Source: Macrostomum hystrix
Lineage: Eukaryota > Animalia > Platyhelminthes
Direction of reading: 5' to 3'
NCBI GenBank assembly: GCA_950097015.1
Contig: CATNEN010000034.1
Location: 7,757,654 to 7,821,653, forward strand
DNA: 64,000 nt
A model generated the notes under the pieces. The model was not told where the DNA came from. It ran no database searches and worked only from the letters and a program-made list of their open reading frames with translations. Made by a program: the position numbers and the translations under genes. Below are positions 40,196-52,215 of this stretch, one piece after another; within the stretch, counting starts at the first letter, position 1, and every line of letters begins with the position of its first letter.

Positions 40196-43100
40196 TAAGC
40201 AACTACCGAAAAAACAAAGCACCAATACCCTTTGAAATTATGTTTCGTAATCTTAGTCATCCGTATCCAACATTATTGATCTCTTATCCTCTATTTAGAA
40301 TTTGGCCTGTTAAGCGCGTCCCTAGCACAGTGGCTCCAGCGATATTCACTAATGCGACATTGTATGAGGGCGTTGGATTCTTGTTGGATTCGATTCTTGA
40401 TTTATTAGAATTTAATTCTGTAGAATATTCAAAACACTGACTGAACAATAGGATTTCATCAGAGGAGTCTAAACCAGTGGCAACCTGACTGCCTCGAGTA
40501 TTGCCCAATTTCTTATGCCAATTACTATTTATTGAGTCAGGTTCTTCAATTCAGTATGTGTCTAGGACGAACTCAGCTGAGCAAAGCAAGCGATTAAACA
40601 AAAATCCACAGCGCTCATTGCTCATGCGAGTCAGTGTGTACAAGCCAGCGTCCTTAGCAAACAGTGACTGCTCAGTTTATCATGCATAATTTTGCATTGT
40701 GTGCGCCAGTGATTGCCAGAACTGGCATAGAGTGTTGCGTGTGTGCATTGGCAGGCTGTGTCGTGAGCTGGAATACTAAAATTATTTGGCTCTGGGCGGG
40801 GCACTGCACTCCTGGAGACCAGAATCGTACCGTTCTAGGAAAATGCCCTACCTCCACCTTCCACTATCGTCTTTCCTGCAGCCTAGCCTAAAGCAGTGAG
40901 CATGCGTGCAGCCTTATAATCACAGATTTAGTACTGATCCCCACACCTATTTTAAATCCCAGTTTTCAAAGCCCTCTCTGGTTGGCTACATGTTTGCAGC
41001 AATAACAATTCTGCCGGTCGCCGATGTTGAAAACTTTTCGCAAAGGCAGCTTCGTAGTTTGCGAATTTCGCAGCCATTGCGAAGCTTCTCTTCTGTTTTG
41101 CTGCTCAAAAACTTTCTCTATTCTTGAGCTGGCGCGCTACCTTCTTATTGAGTGGCTTAGGATTCTTTTGACTCATTCCGACAATTCCCATTGCACTGAC
41201 TCCCACCGCTTGACTGCTCTGCACCCACTCCCTCAGTCTCTGAGCACCCTTGAGACGATCTGCTCCGGACCGCCTCCGAAAAAGCTTCTCAACTGCCAAG
41301 TCCAACACTGAGCTCCTAGCGTCCTGAGCAGTCGAGTACTTGGATGTTTGCAGTCACTCTACTTTGCCTCCTCACTGCTAGTGTAGTTGCTCCATAGCCA
41401 GCGGTACCTTATGAAATGCGCAGCTCACAGATCTCATTAACGATCCAGTCGGAAGCAGTTGCTGACAGAAAATATTCAACAGATGTCAGCAGCGCAGTCT
41501 TGTCCGACAGTAGAACTCAAAGAGAGTCTGAACTCAAGGATTTCATTCGTTAACAGCTTGCACTAGGCTGGCAGTATGAGTCCTGTTGTTGCCAAGCAGT
41601 GCTGGCTGATAAGGCCAAGGCAAATCCAGCGGCATTTCGCAACTTGCATCAGCGAGGCAAACAAAGCTCACGCAAACGAAGCCAAAACCGGTGGACACCC
41701 CCCACCCTCCCTGACCTGACCTCCCTGTTGCAACCTCACAAGCTAGATCCCATCCGTGAGGATTACTCACGCCCCGTTATCGAATACCGTCCGTTTATTC
41801 AGTTGGCTTAATAGACCAGACCGACTGCAGTGGGGACAGAAAATGTCGGAGCTCAGTGAGATTTGAAATCCCCTTAAATCTGACTTGCTGCCGCTTTGCA
41901 TTGGCTGTTCTGGTCTGGCTGTAATCCAGTTTGGACCAAACTCTCCTTGCTCAAGAAATGAAATCATTTTCCCCGTCTCTGGCTTCACCCTATCAGGGAT
42001 GTTGACTCCAGCAGTGGACTTTGAGAGAGTTCCTTTCCGTTATCGGGGATTCTGCAGCTTGCTTGATTCGTTTGATCCCAGGTCGTTGTGCCGAAACAGT
42101 TGCACTCAAACTTTGCTGGCTCAGAGAGGCTGCATTCTCATCTCATATTCTCAGAGTATGCAATATTTTCCCTACAGTTTAATCGCCCAATGAATTTCTG
42201 CAGCGCCCTCACCTTTCTCAATTCTGCTCCAAGTCTTCTCAACCAGAAGCCATATTAAAAAACTCTAAATTCTTTGACAGAGAGTGAGAGGAGAAATGGG
42301 GTTTGGGAAGAAATTGAATTTCAGGTAGGGCAATGAGCCGATACCGGGGAGCGGCCCTTATTGTCCTCGACTACTTCCTGTGGTTTCCCGAAATCCCAAG
42401 TCTCCAAAGTCCCATCCAGGTTCAGGTGGCTGTGTAACGCCAGTCACGCAGCAACTGCTTCAGTCTCCTCGGGGATTTTATGGGATATTTCTGTTCAACT
42501 TTGACATGGATTGAGCCTCCTGCATACCTATTCTATAACTGTTATATTAAATTGGTTCACACCAGCTCACAGTCACTTTCAAGCTGAATTAGAATGCAAA
42601 AAGTGCCGCCATAATTGTTGGAGCATTGGTGCAACATGCTGAGAGCATTGCTAGAGTCAGTTCTGAACTCTCCGTGATGAAATTTTCTCCCTATCTCGCC
42701 CCATCTTTCCTGTTGTCTGTGCTAGAATCCCAAAACCTTATCCGAACCCTCGAGGCACGGAGCACTGGAAAATGTGGGATCATGTGCGGAGGAGAAAACA
42801 GGCGGTGAGGAGACAATCATAAAGCGGGTCAATTTCAGCCCCATTCGCAACATCGAATCCGAGGTCGGTGTTCCTGATGAAGGACAGAGGCTGCAAGCGG
42901 GAATGCGAAGAGGCCATTTTACAGCCCCGGGTCAGTGGTTTAATCACCATTGCACTCCCTCCCGCACAAAACTCATCGCCGATGAGCTCATGCATCTCTA
43001 TCTGTGCTCAACATCTCTATTTTAACGCTGGTGAGACCCTATTTTATCGGGTCCCAAGAAGCAGCGTTGTGTGACGACTGAGAATCAACAGGGATAACAA

Positions 43101-43235
43101 GTAGAGGAGCTGACATTGCACTGCCCTCTGCTTCTGAGAACCATTGCGTCAGGAATGTTGCAAGGTACATGAAGCAGCTACAGTCTTCCTCATTCACCTC
43201 TCCTTTCAGCTCCGTTGCCATCAAAGACAGCGTCT

Positions 43236-46200
43236 ATGGCCAAGCGGGTCTGTCATCAGCTGCTCCAGTTGGCCACAGCGGTCGCTCTAATCCTGACTGC
43301 GCTCGCTTACGAAGTGGCTTTCCGCATCGACGAGGAGACCGACTTGAAGGCCACGGTGGGCAACGTGTGGAGCAGCCTGCGACGCCCGCCTCCTTCGCCG
43401 GATTTCCGCATCATTCCGGCCTCGCCCTACTTCTACATCGACCGTGACAGCAACGTCCGCATCGCCAGTCGCATCGACCGCGAAGACCCGGCCGCCTGCC
43501 CCGACGCTTCCGAGACAACCGACTGCGTCATCGAGTTCAACGCCTTCAACGGCTCCACACGAGTCGTCGTCAAGGTCACCATCAACGACATCAACGACAA
43601 CTCGCCAACATTCAAGTCACCAATCAAAGAGATCTACATCGAGGAGGGCGATCAGAGATTCAGGTGTGAGAATAGGTTAATGACACAAAATTCAATCAGG
43701 AAAATGAAATGGGCAGAACCAGTAGAAACTTCGATTCCAACACACAATTATCAATGTATCGCTCCACCTGCCTTCACTTCCACAGCCACCCACTCGACCT
43801 GGCCACCGACGCCGACATCGGAGACAACGGCATGGCAACACGGGGCCGCTACTTCCTGCAGGAGGATGAAGACACTTTCGCTCTCTACCGCAGTCAACGT
43901 GACCTGCTCAGCCTTGTGCTCAAAGGTTCCCCAGTCATAGACTATGAGCAGGAGCGCCAGTACAACCTCACCCTGAAAGCCTGCGACGGTGGCCGAGAGG
44001 AGCGCTGTGCCAGCCAGCTGCTGCTGGTGCGAGTGCGTGATCGCAACGACAACCAGCCGAACGTGACTCAAATCTGGAACCCGGATGTGAACGAGTCCGC
44101 GGCTGTTGGCGACCTGGTCGCTCGAATCTACGCCCACGATCGTGACAGCGGGCTGAACGGCCAGCTGAGCTACACCATCACCGACAGTCGAGCAGCGGCA
44201 ACGTTCGCCATCGACTCCAAAGGTCAAATGACTCTGCGAAGGCGGCTGAACGCCCGCACAAAATCCGATTACGACATTCCAGTGCTGGTGTCCGACGGAG
44301 GCGTGCCTCAGCGACAGGTGACCATCAAATTCCGTCTCCGGGTCATTGACGTCAACGATCACGCGCCGAAGATCACGGTGACACCAATGCCCGGAGGTGG
44401 TGGCTCAGACTCGGTCAGCATTGCTGAAGGCAGCCTCATCGACCAGACACTTGCCTTTATTCAGGTAACAGAAGCCGATTGCTAATCATTGCCGTAACCA
44501 GTCAATAAGGGACGGATTGGGATACCCGTTAGAGAGATATTTAAAACGGAGTATTTCGAAAGAACACGACAGTTTGTCCTCTTAGGTCCTGATCGATTCC
44601 TGTTCATTGTACCAGTACACATTTGGGCAGATCTCCCCTTAGTCTTCTCTTAGAGATGGGATAAAACGCATTCCACAGTGACCGTGAAATCGCCCGATAT
44701 GACATCCAACAGGCTACCGACGGCGATCTGGGAGAGAACGCCCGAGTCACCTGCAGCCTGGCCCCCGGCTCGAGGGGCGGCAGCAACTTCCGCCTCAGAG
44801 AGTCTTCAGCCAGCGACTACTTTCTCCAGAACACGCGCCAATTCGACTTTGAGCTCACTCCGGAACTCACCGCGGAGATCCGGTGTCACGACGCTGGAAA
44901 CCCACCGCTCAACGCCAGCCAGTTGGTTCGGGTTCGAGTCATCGGCCAGAACGAGTTCCCGCCCAAAATCGAACTTCCGGATAAGGCGTTCTTTGTCACG
45001 GTGGAGGAGACTCATCCAGGCGGCGGGGTGCGAGCAGGCGACCACCTGCTCACCGTGACCGCGCAGGACAAGGACAGAGGCGACAGGCTGATTTTCCATT
45101 TGGACGGGCCGCACTCGAGGTTCGTAATTTCGGGAACATTGCCAAGACAACTTTTTAATGCTGTAAATGAAAAATGCATGCGGAACACATCCCATATCAA
45201 AGTCGAATCTGCATAAGCACTGTACATTTTCACTCGCACAGGTTCTTTGTCATCGCGGACAACACCACCGGCTATTCTGAGGAGCTCAGTGCAACCATGG
45301 CCACTGCCGTCATCCGCGTTGCCACCACAATCGACCGCGACACCTTGAACGCTCCTGGTGACTTGCTTCACTTCACTGTGATGGTCGCGGATACACAGGG
45401 TGCTGAGGGTTCGCATCACACCGCCACTGCCACTGTCACCGTCAGCGTGATCGACGCCAACGATAACGAGCCGCAGATCCGACCGCTCCAGATGTTCCAG
45501 CTCCAAGAGAACGTGAAGCCGCCCGCCCTGGCCACCTCGGGACTGCTCGGAGCTGGGAGCCACATTGCCTTCAGTGACGCCGACCAGGGCATCAACGCGC
45601 GAGTCGCATTTCGTCTTCTCGCTCTGTACGGCCGCAATGCGTCTGGTGATCGAGTCGCCTTTCCGATTCCCGGCCGACCGGGATTCTGGCCCCTGAATGT
45701 CACGGAGGCCGGCCAGATCAGTGCCGGAGAGTCTCTCGATCGGGAGGAGTTCTACGAGTACCAGCTCACTGTGGCCATTGTCAACCACGTGGCAAGTCCA
45801 CAGCTCAGCTCTGTGTCTGAGATCACTGTTCAAGTGATGGACGAGAACGACAATCGGCCAGAGTTTGTGTTTCCCGCTAGACGAGGTGCCAGCATTGTTA
45901 TCAGTGCTGGCCATCGGGTTGGCGACGAGGTGACCCGTATCGAAGCTCGCGACCGAGACGAGGTCGCCAACATCACCTACACGCTGGTGGGCGGCTCCGG
46001 GAGTGCCTTCTTTGCGCTGGACAAATTCACGGGACAGGTGAGTGTCATTAGCGATTGTATTAGTGAATAAGGCTGGCTTTTCTGAAGCATCGATGTATGC
46101 TGAAGCGTGGGTTGCCGTTATTTATAAAAATGTTCGCATCGTGCAAATTCGAATTTTTTGAACCTTTAAATCAAACTTCATCAATTTGTTCAGGTGCGGC

Positions 46201-49200
46201 TTATTCACGAACTCACGCCAGGTCAGCATGAACTGATGATACGTGCTGACGACAACATTTTGTACAGCCAATCGGAGCAGACCATGTTGCTGATCAATGT
46301 TACACAGTATAGCGGCCTTGGCATCGGCCAGTTCAAGGATGTTCACGTGAACCTATCGATCATTGTGGGCATGATCATTGTGACCGGTGTTGTCAGCATT
46401 GGTCTTGTTTCTGCAATAGTTTGTGTGAGACGTCGCTCGCAGAGTCGAGCCAGCAGCGGCAGCAGTGGCGACGGCGGTATTCACGACGGTAACGGCGGTT
46501 GCGGCGGCTGTGGCGGGTCCATGAGCTCGAGTCCCGAGTGCGAGAAGGACCACTGCCAGTGTCGCGGCTCACTGCCTGATCCGGAAGCTAGTGACCCGCT
46601 CTATAGTGGGCACCACATGGGACCATCGCCTGGCACGGGCAAGCGATCGGAGAGGCACTTTCCGCTGACTACTTTCAGTCACAATGGCAGCACTTTTGAT
46701 CTGCAGCCGTTGCCAATGATGGAGCATCAGCACCTGCAGCAGCAGCTGCTGCTACCTCAGCCGCAGCAGCTGCAACAGCCGCATATACTGCGAAATGAGG
46801 TTAGTTTCGCTTTCATTTGATGGCTTTAATTTTCATGCACTTAATCGGTTTCTATGGTGACTAATTGGCGCTCAACAGCTCGCCTCTTGCGCGCATCAAC
46901 CGGCTTGCCTGACTTCAGCAGCATCAGAGTTGAAATTTCTGACAGCTTAAAATCGTTTTAAAGTTTTATGATAGTTGTCTCTCACTCAAAAATATTCTCC
47001 CTAGCAATTAGATTCCAATATGAACAGTGTTAAAAACATGACTCGCTCTCCACGATCGCCTCCTCCACCTGCTAAACCCAGGCTCCCGTGTGGCAGACCA
47101 GGCGGCACTTTCTTGTGTCCGTCTGACAGCACAGAACCGACACGCAGAACAGAGGGAGTCATAGAGGGAGATTTCGTATGGAAAAAATGGAATATATAAG
47201 GCGAAAGGGATCGGACCTGCGCAGCACTAGTGTGCGTTGGTGTCTGCGCAGTGGTTGCGTTATTGGCATATGTCACTCCGTGCGTGTTGCACCGTCGAAA
47301 ATCACATCGCTTTTCCACACTTTCACATCCTGTTTCTATGTGTAAATTTACTTATTCAAAGTGCATTAGTAGCAGCACAATGCTTGCCAGTTGCATTTTA
47401 GAAGGTGAAAATAGATGAGTAATATTCACCCCCATTACACCACAGCGAGCAATCAATGTGTGTCACTTAGAAATTATCCTAGAAGCACTGAATGGCAGGG
47501 CACAAGCACAAGCAAAAGTGCTTTCACGGCTAAGTGTCACCTCACGAGATTGATGTTCCGCTGCGGTTTTCGGAAGCCCTCGAGCCGCTTAGTGATCCTC
47601 ACTCACTATGTATGTATTTTGCTTACCACACGGCGCTTTGTAATAGGATCGAGTAATGAAAACGTTGCGGTAAACCTCAAGATCCAAGATCCAAGCGCCT
47701 AAAGCGCATCCGTGTCACGAACTGACGCACCAGAATTCTTCTATATTTTGAGGCTGGCAACGGGTGGTCCACTTGGAGCTGTCAGCATGAGGGCCAGTTG
47801 AGAAATCTTCAAATCGTTTGCTTTGCATTTTTAGCTTCCGTATTTTATCCGCATTGAGTACTTCGAGCAAAGGCGTTTTACTAATGCCACTTTCACCTGG
47901 CCATGAGTGCCTACTCAACTCTCTTATTGAGGTGTCTCAGGTCCAAGTGTGAGAGCGCCACTGTCCCCTAGAAGCCTGTATCTTTCTCTTTGTCTTCTGG
48001 CCTACCTGTCCTGCCTATAAAGGTATCTAGGCTGATTTTCCACAGCTTGCAATGGAGAAATAAAACTGAGAGTTTAGTGCTACTAACACAAGCCATGACT
48101 ATAGGACGAACACGGGCTGTGGAGTCACAGGAAATTGCTCGGCAGTAGCAACTGTTTAACCTGGCGCATCAAATGACGCATTAGATTATTTCCTGGGAAG
48201 AGAGTTTAACTTGGAACAGCTCATTCAGGGGGATCAGTTTATTGTGCTTGTACTTTTATAGCCTTCAGCTAATTATTATTCAGCTTAGCTTCACTACGCA
48301 CGTAGCAAGAATCACTGTGCAGAGTAGGTGGGCAAAACGTTACATGCTTTGCTTACTGGTTAGGCATCGGGGAAATTATTTTTGAAGATTGAGTGCGGAC
48401 TGAGAAGGTAAGAAAGGGATAAGGTTATGATGGGTTATTGTATCTGCTTTGAAATCAAAGGTAGATAGGGGGATATGGATAAAGACTAAGAGACGAGAAC
48501 GGTAGAGAGACACATTTAGAGACTAATTGAGGAGAAAGGTAGAGAGCCACATAGAGACTAATTGAGGAGAAAGGTAGAGAGCCACATAGAGACTAACTGA
48601 GGAGAAAGGTAGAGAGCCACATAGAGACTAATTGAGGAGAAAGGTAGAGAGCCACATAGAGACTAATTGAGGAGAAAGGTAGAGAGCCACATAGAGACTA
48701 ATTGAGGAGAAAGGTAGAGAGCCACATAGAGACTAATTGAGGAGAAAGGTAGAGAGCCACATAGAGACTAATTGAGGAGTAAGGTGGAGAGCCACATAGA
48801 GACTAATTGAGGAGTAAGGTGGAGAGCCACATAGAGACTAATTGAGGAGAAAGGTAGAGAGCCACATAGAGACTAATTGAGAGAAAGGTAGAGAGCCACA
48901 TAGAGACTAATTGAGGAGAAAGGTAGAGAGACAGATAGAGACTAATTGAGGAGGGGATGAAAAGACAGTAAGACTAAGGTGGTAGAAAGACTTATCGAAG
49001 CTTTAAAGTAGAGAATGATACAAGAGTGGAGCGAAGAACATAAGGAAAATGAAGAAGCGAATGAGAGCAATGGGGGAGAGATTCCAGTGTGAAGTTACAA
49101 GAAATTAAAGTGCCTATCAGTTCTCGAATTGCTGTGAATCGAGCCACCAAATGTTGCAATCCAAAGCATGAGGTAGTTTTCAAGACCGTTTGGATGAAGG

Positions 49201-51138
49201 ATATTGATTTCGAAGGCCACCTCAGGCCTTTTCTGAAACATTTTCTGAGAAATGGATTCGCTTTCGTTGTTTAGTTATTCCTGGTTAATCCGGCATCAAA
49301 CATTTCGAGCTTCTAAGCCTAGCGGACCAGCCGGATTAGGCTCCTGCCCGATTGCGAGAAAAATTGGAAGATGATAAAGGATGTTTAGGAAGTGGTTGGC
49401 TGCAGAATTTGCTTTCGGGCGATAAATAAATCGCTGAAGAATTGGGAAAATGTCGTTTTTCTGGTACCATAGAGTGCCTAATCTCTCTCACAGCAGTTGT
49501 CTCTTGAACTCTCTGCTTGTTCTCAAGTGTTCTCTCAATAAATCTTTGAGGGGATAATGAGGTGAAGATAAAGTTTGTTCTTTTTATCTGTCGTTCATCG
49601 GACTTGATCTCAAACTAGGGAGGGCAGAAACGATCAGCAGATAATTTCTAGAGTCTTCTTCGAGATTCTCATCTTTGTCAGAGTCGCTCTCTTTCTTAGA
49701 ATTCGTGCATCTCAGCGGGTTGGGTAGGAAAATTTCTGACGAAATGAAAACTAATTAGCACTTCATTTTGGCCCGCTGTGAATGAAAACAAAATCCTCAG
49801 AGAATTGGAAGCTTCGGTGCTAGCCCGACCCAGCTCAAAGGTTTTTCTCGTTCTCATATTTTTCTGTTTATTTAGTACTGGCCGAGCTGAGACAGCTCAA
49901 TTCTATCTTATGAGGGCCCCGCTCCTGAATTCCCAAGAGAGATCTCAAGTAAAGCCAAAAATGTTCAGGTAGACGAAGCCGACTCCTGTCTGTCTATTAT
50001 CTTCCTCTCAGCGCTCGAGCTGTGATTGCGTAACACGACACGGCATCAATCGGAGATGAGGTGAAACGTTAGTCCGGGATGAGACTGAGCAGAGGACTAA
50101 GCTGGGTCACGGGGGCACCTCGATGACCTGGGATTTCACGCCCAGCATCCCCCCGGCTTCAAGCGCTCTTCTCTATTCGGTTATCAACAGCTGAGCCAAA
50201 GATTTTCTGGGAGATGGCGGACTGCTAATTTCGATATCACACCCTGACATTGGGAAGGAAACGATTTTGGGTAGGGAAGACTGCGCGGCAAGTCCTCACT
50301 TCCCGTGTCGAGAGGGCTGAGTTTCAAGAGCTCCCGTGACGCAACGCAGCTGAGCAGAACTCACCTGAATCTCGGCTGCATTTACCGCCTCTAACCTCCG
50401 CTGATCAATTTCACACCAATCCACTTCTGTCATTGTTTTATGATGACAGAAAATATGCACAAATCTGTACACAATGCCCCACAAAATTGTATCACAAACA
50501 TGTCTCGAGTCTGCTCACAGCCTGAATGCCATCCACTCCGTCCATCTATCTGCAGGTTCTGGTCAATGCGCAGGACTTGGACGGCGAGAGCGCCGACTCG
50601 GGTCGCGGCGGCAGCGAGGATGGACACGGAGGTGAGACAGGCGCTAATTAGACTACTCGCAGTAGGCTGGATGCAATTCATGGATTTTGGCTTATACGAT
50701 ATTTGGATACTTGGTTGATTTTTTTCAGCTCACCACCTGCTAATGGGCGGCTCACGATCAGCCACCCTGCCACCAAATGTGCATCACTATCACCATCAGC
50801 ATCACCACAATCAGCCCTACCAGCTCCAGCAGCAACAGCAGCAGCAGCAGCGCGTGATGTCGCCACCGCCACACATCAAGTCGCCCTGCCAGTGCCTCGG
50901 TATTCCCGAAGACGAAGAGGACTCCATGTCGCCGGCCGCCGCTCTACTCGGCGCCGCCGCTGGAGGCAGCTTCCTGCCACCGCCGGTGCCGCCGCACGGC
51001 GTCGAGTACGGCGGTGGCACTCTGGGGCGCAGGCAGCAGCCGACCCAGCACTATCAGCCGCCTCTGCTTGGCTACTATCAGCAGTCGCCGAAGCCGCCAA
51101 TCAGAAACGGTGGCAGCGGCGCTGAGCGACTGTGCTGA
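43236..51138 (+). CDS. Protocadherin (delta-type-like): signal peptide, 7 cadherin repeats, TM helix, cytoplasmic tail with a DSGRGGSE (CM1-like) motif; about 1200 aa
   Basis: Exons 43236-43663, 43786-44464, [microexon 44586-44608 or 44614], 44679-45119, 45242-46037, 46194-46799, [47005-47175], 50556-50631, 50729-51138. Cadherin linkers DINDNSP, DRNDNQP, DVNDHAP, GQNEFPP, DANDNEP, DENDNRP, plus DRE/DYE and DxD motifs. EC1 has a Cys pair (CPDASETTDC). TM segment LSIIVGMIIVTGVVSIGLVSAIVCV is followed by RRR. Signal peptide MAKRVCHQLLQLATAVALILTALA. Confidence 0.9.
44586..44614 (+). CDS. Putative protocadherin microexon (23 or 29 nt)
   Basis: The upstream exon ends in phase 0 (ATTCAG|gtaaca) but the exon at 44679 must start in phase 2. 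Acceptor ttgtcctcttag precedes 44586; donors after 44608 (gtacca) or 44614 (gtacac) both give phase 2. Confidence 0.5.
47005..47175 (+). CDS. Putative phase 0-0 cassette exon in the protocadherin cytoplasmic tail (57 aa, Pro-rich)
   Basis: Acceptor attctccctag, open frame QLDSNMNSVKNMTRSPRSPPPPAKPRLPCGRPGGTFLCPSDSTEPTRRTEGVIEGDF, donor gtatgg. Read-through gives a stop at 47197-47199. Confidence 0.55.
48500..48955. repeat. 35-bp minisatellite, about 12 copies, in the long protocadherin intron
   Basis: Unit gagactaattgaggagaaaggtagagagccacata. Confidence 0.95.
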
Positions 51139-51844
51139 GCTCCAGTTCGATCTGTCTGCCTAACAGACTTGTCCAGAAACGGCTCCGCCTCAGAATTAAT
51201 CAGTTTTATATGCGTTCCACGAATCATCTGCATCTGCTGTCTCCATAGCTTCTGTGCGTGTTGTGCGAATCGATTTTTAAAAGGCCATGCCTGTGTTATT
51301 ATTGTCAATTCAGCATTACGAAATTTGCATTATTAATATAGTAATTTAGGAAGTATTTTTGTCAGTTTTTTACGCTTTCTGCAGATGTAATAACTTACGC
51401 ATAAAGCAGCAAAGTTGTGATCCATTTGCTTAACCAACATCTCTGCAACAAGCATAAAATGTCTGCATTTATTTAGCAGAAAAACGTTGCAAAGTTTGCT
51501 GGCTTTAAACCAGCTAGCTAATAATCTACTTGCTGCCCTGTTGAATTATTGCCTAAACTCACACCTGCCTTTAAGCTGTCGTACGAGTACAAATCAATTT
51601 TCATTCTATGTTGAATTCTCGACGCCGCGTTATAACATTGATTTCACCCATGGTCTGCTTGCTGCAATTCAATCGTCAGTTGCAATGTCATATTTTCATG
51701 GAATTCACGAATGTCTCGAATATTGTTTATGTTGTCAAGCGGACAACCTCTTCGTACTTTTAATTGTCTTGCATTGACCGAACTAATTTAGTGGTTGCGT
51801 ACGACCATGAGATCATGGTGTCATGACCTGGCTTCCTCCCTCAT

Positions 51845-52215
51845 TATACTTCTCTCCTTCTCCTTCTCTCCTTCTCCATCTCTCCTTCTCCTTCTCTCCT
51901 TCTCTCCTTCTCCTTCTCTCCTTCTCTCCTTCTCCTTCTCCTTCTCTCCTTCTTCTTCTCTTCTCTCCTTCTCCTTCTCTCCTTCTCCTTCTCTCCTTCT
52001 CCTTCTCTCCTTCTCCTTCTCTCCTTCTCCTTCTCTCCTTCTCCTTCTCTCCTTCTCTCCTTCTCCTTCTCTCCTTCTCTCCTTCTCCTTCTCCCCTTCT
52101 CATTCTCCTTCACCTTCCCTTCTCATTCTCCTTCACCTTCCCTTCTCATTCTCCTTGTCCCCTTCTCATTCTCCTTTTCTTCTTCTCATTCTACTTCTCC
52201 CCTTCTCATTCTACC
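51845..52215. repeat. Polypyrimidine (CTCCTT/CT) tract
   Basis: ctccttctctccttctccttct repeats. Confidence 0.9.

Noticed and set aside
45012-45914. 300-aa minus-strand ORF and similar ORFs overlapping the three genes
   Set aside because: Antisense or off-frame shadows of GC-rich coding exons.
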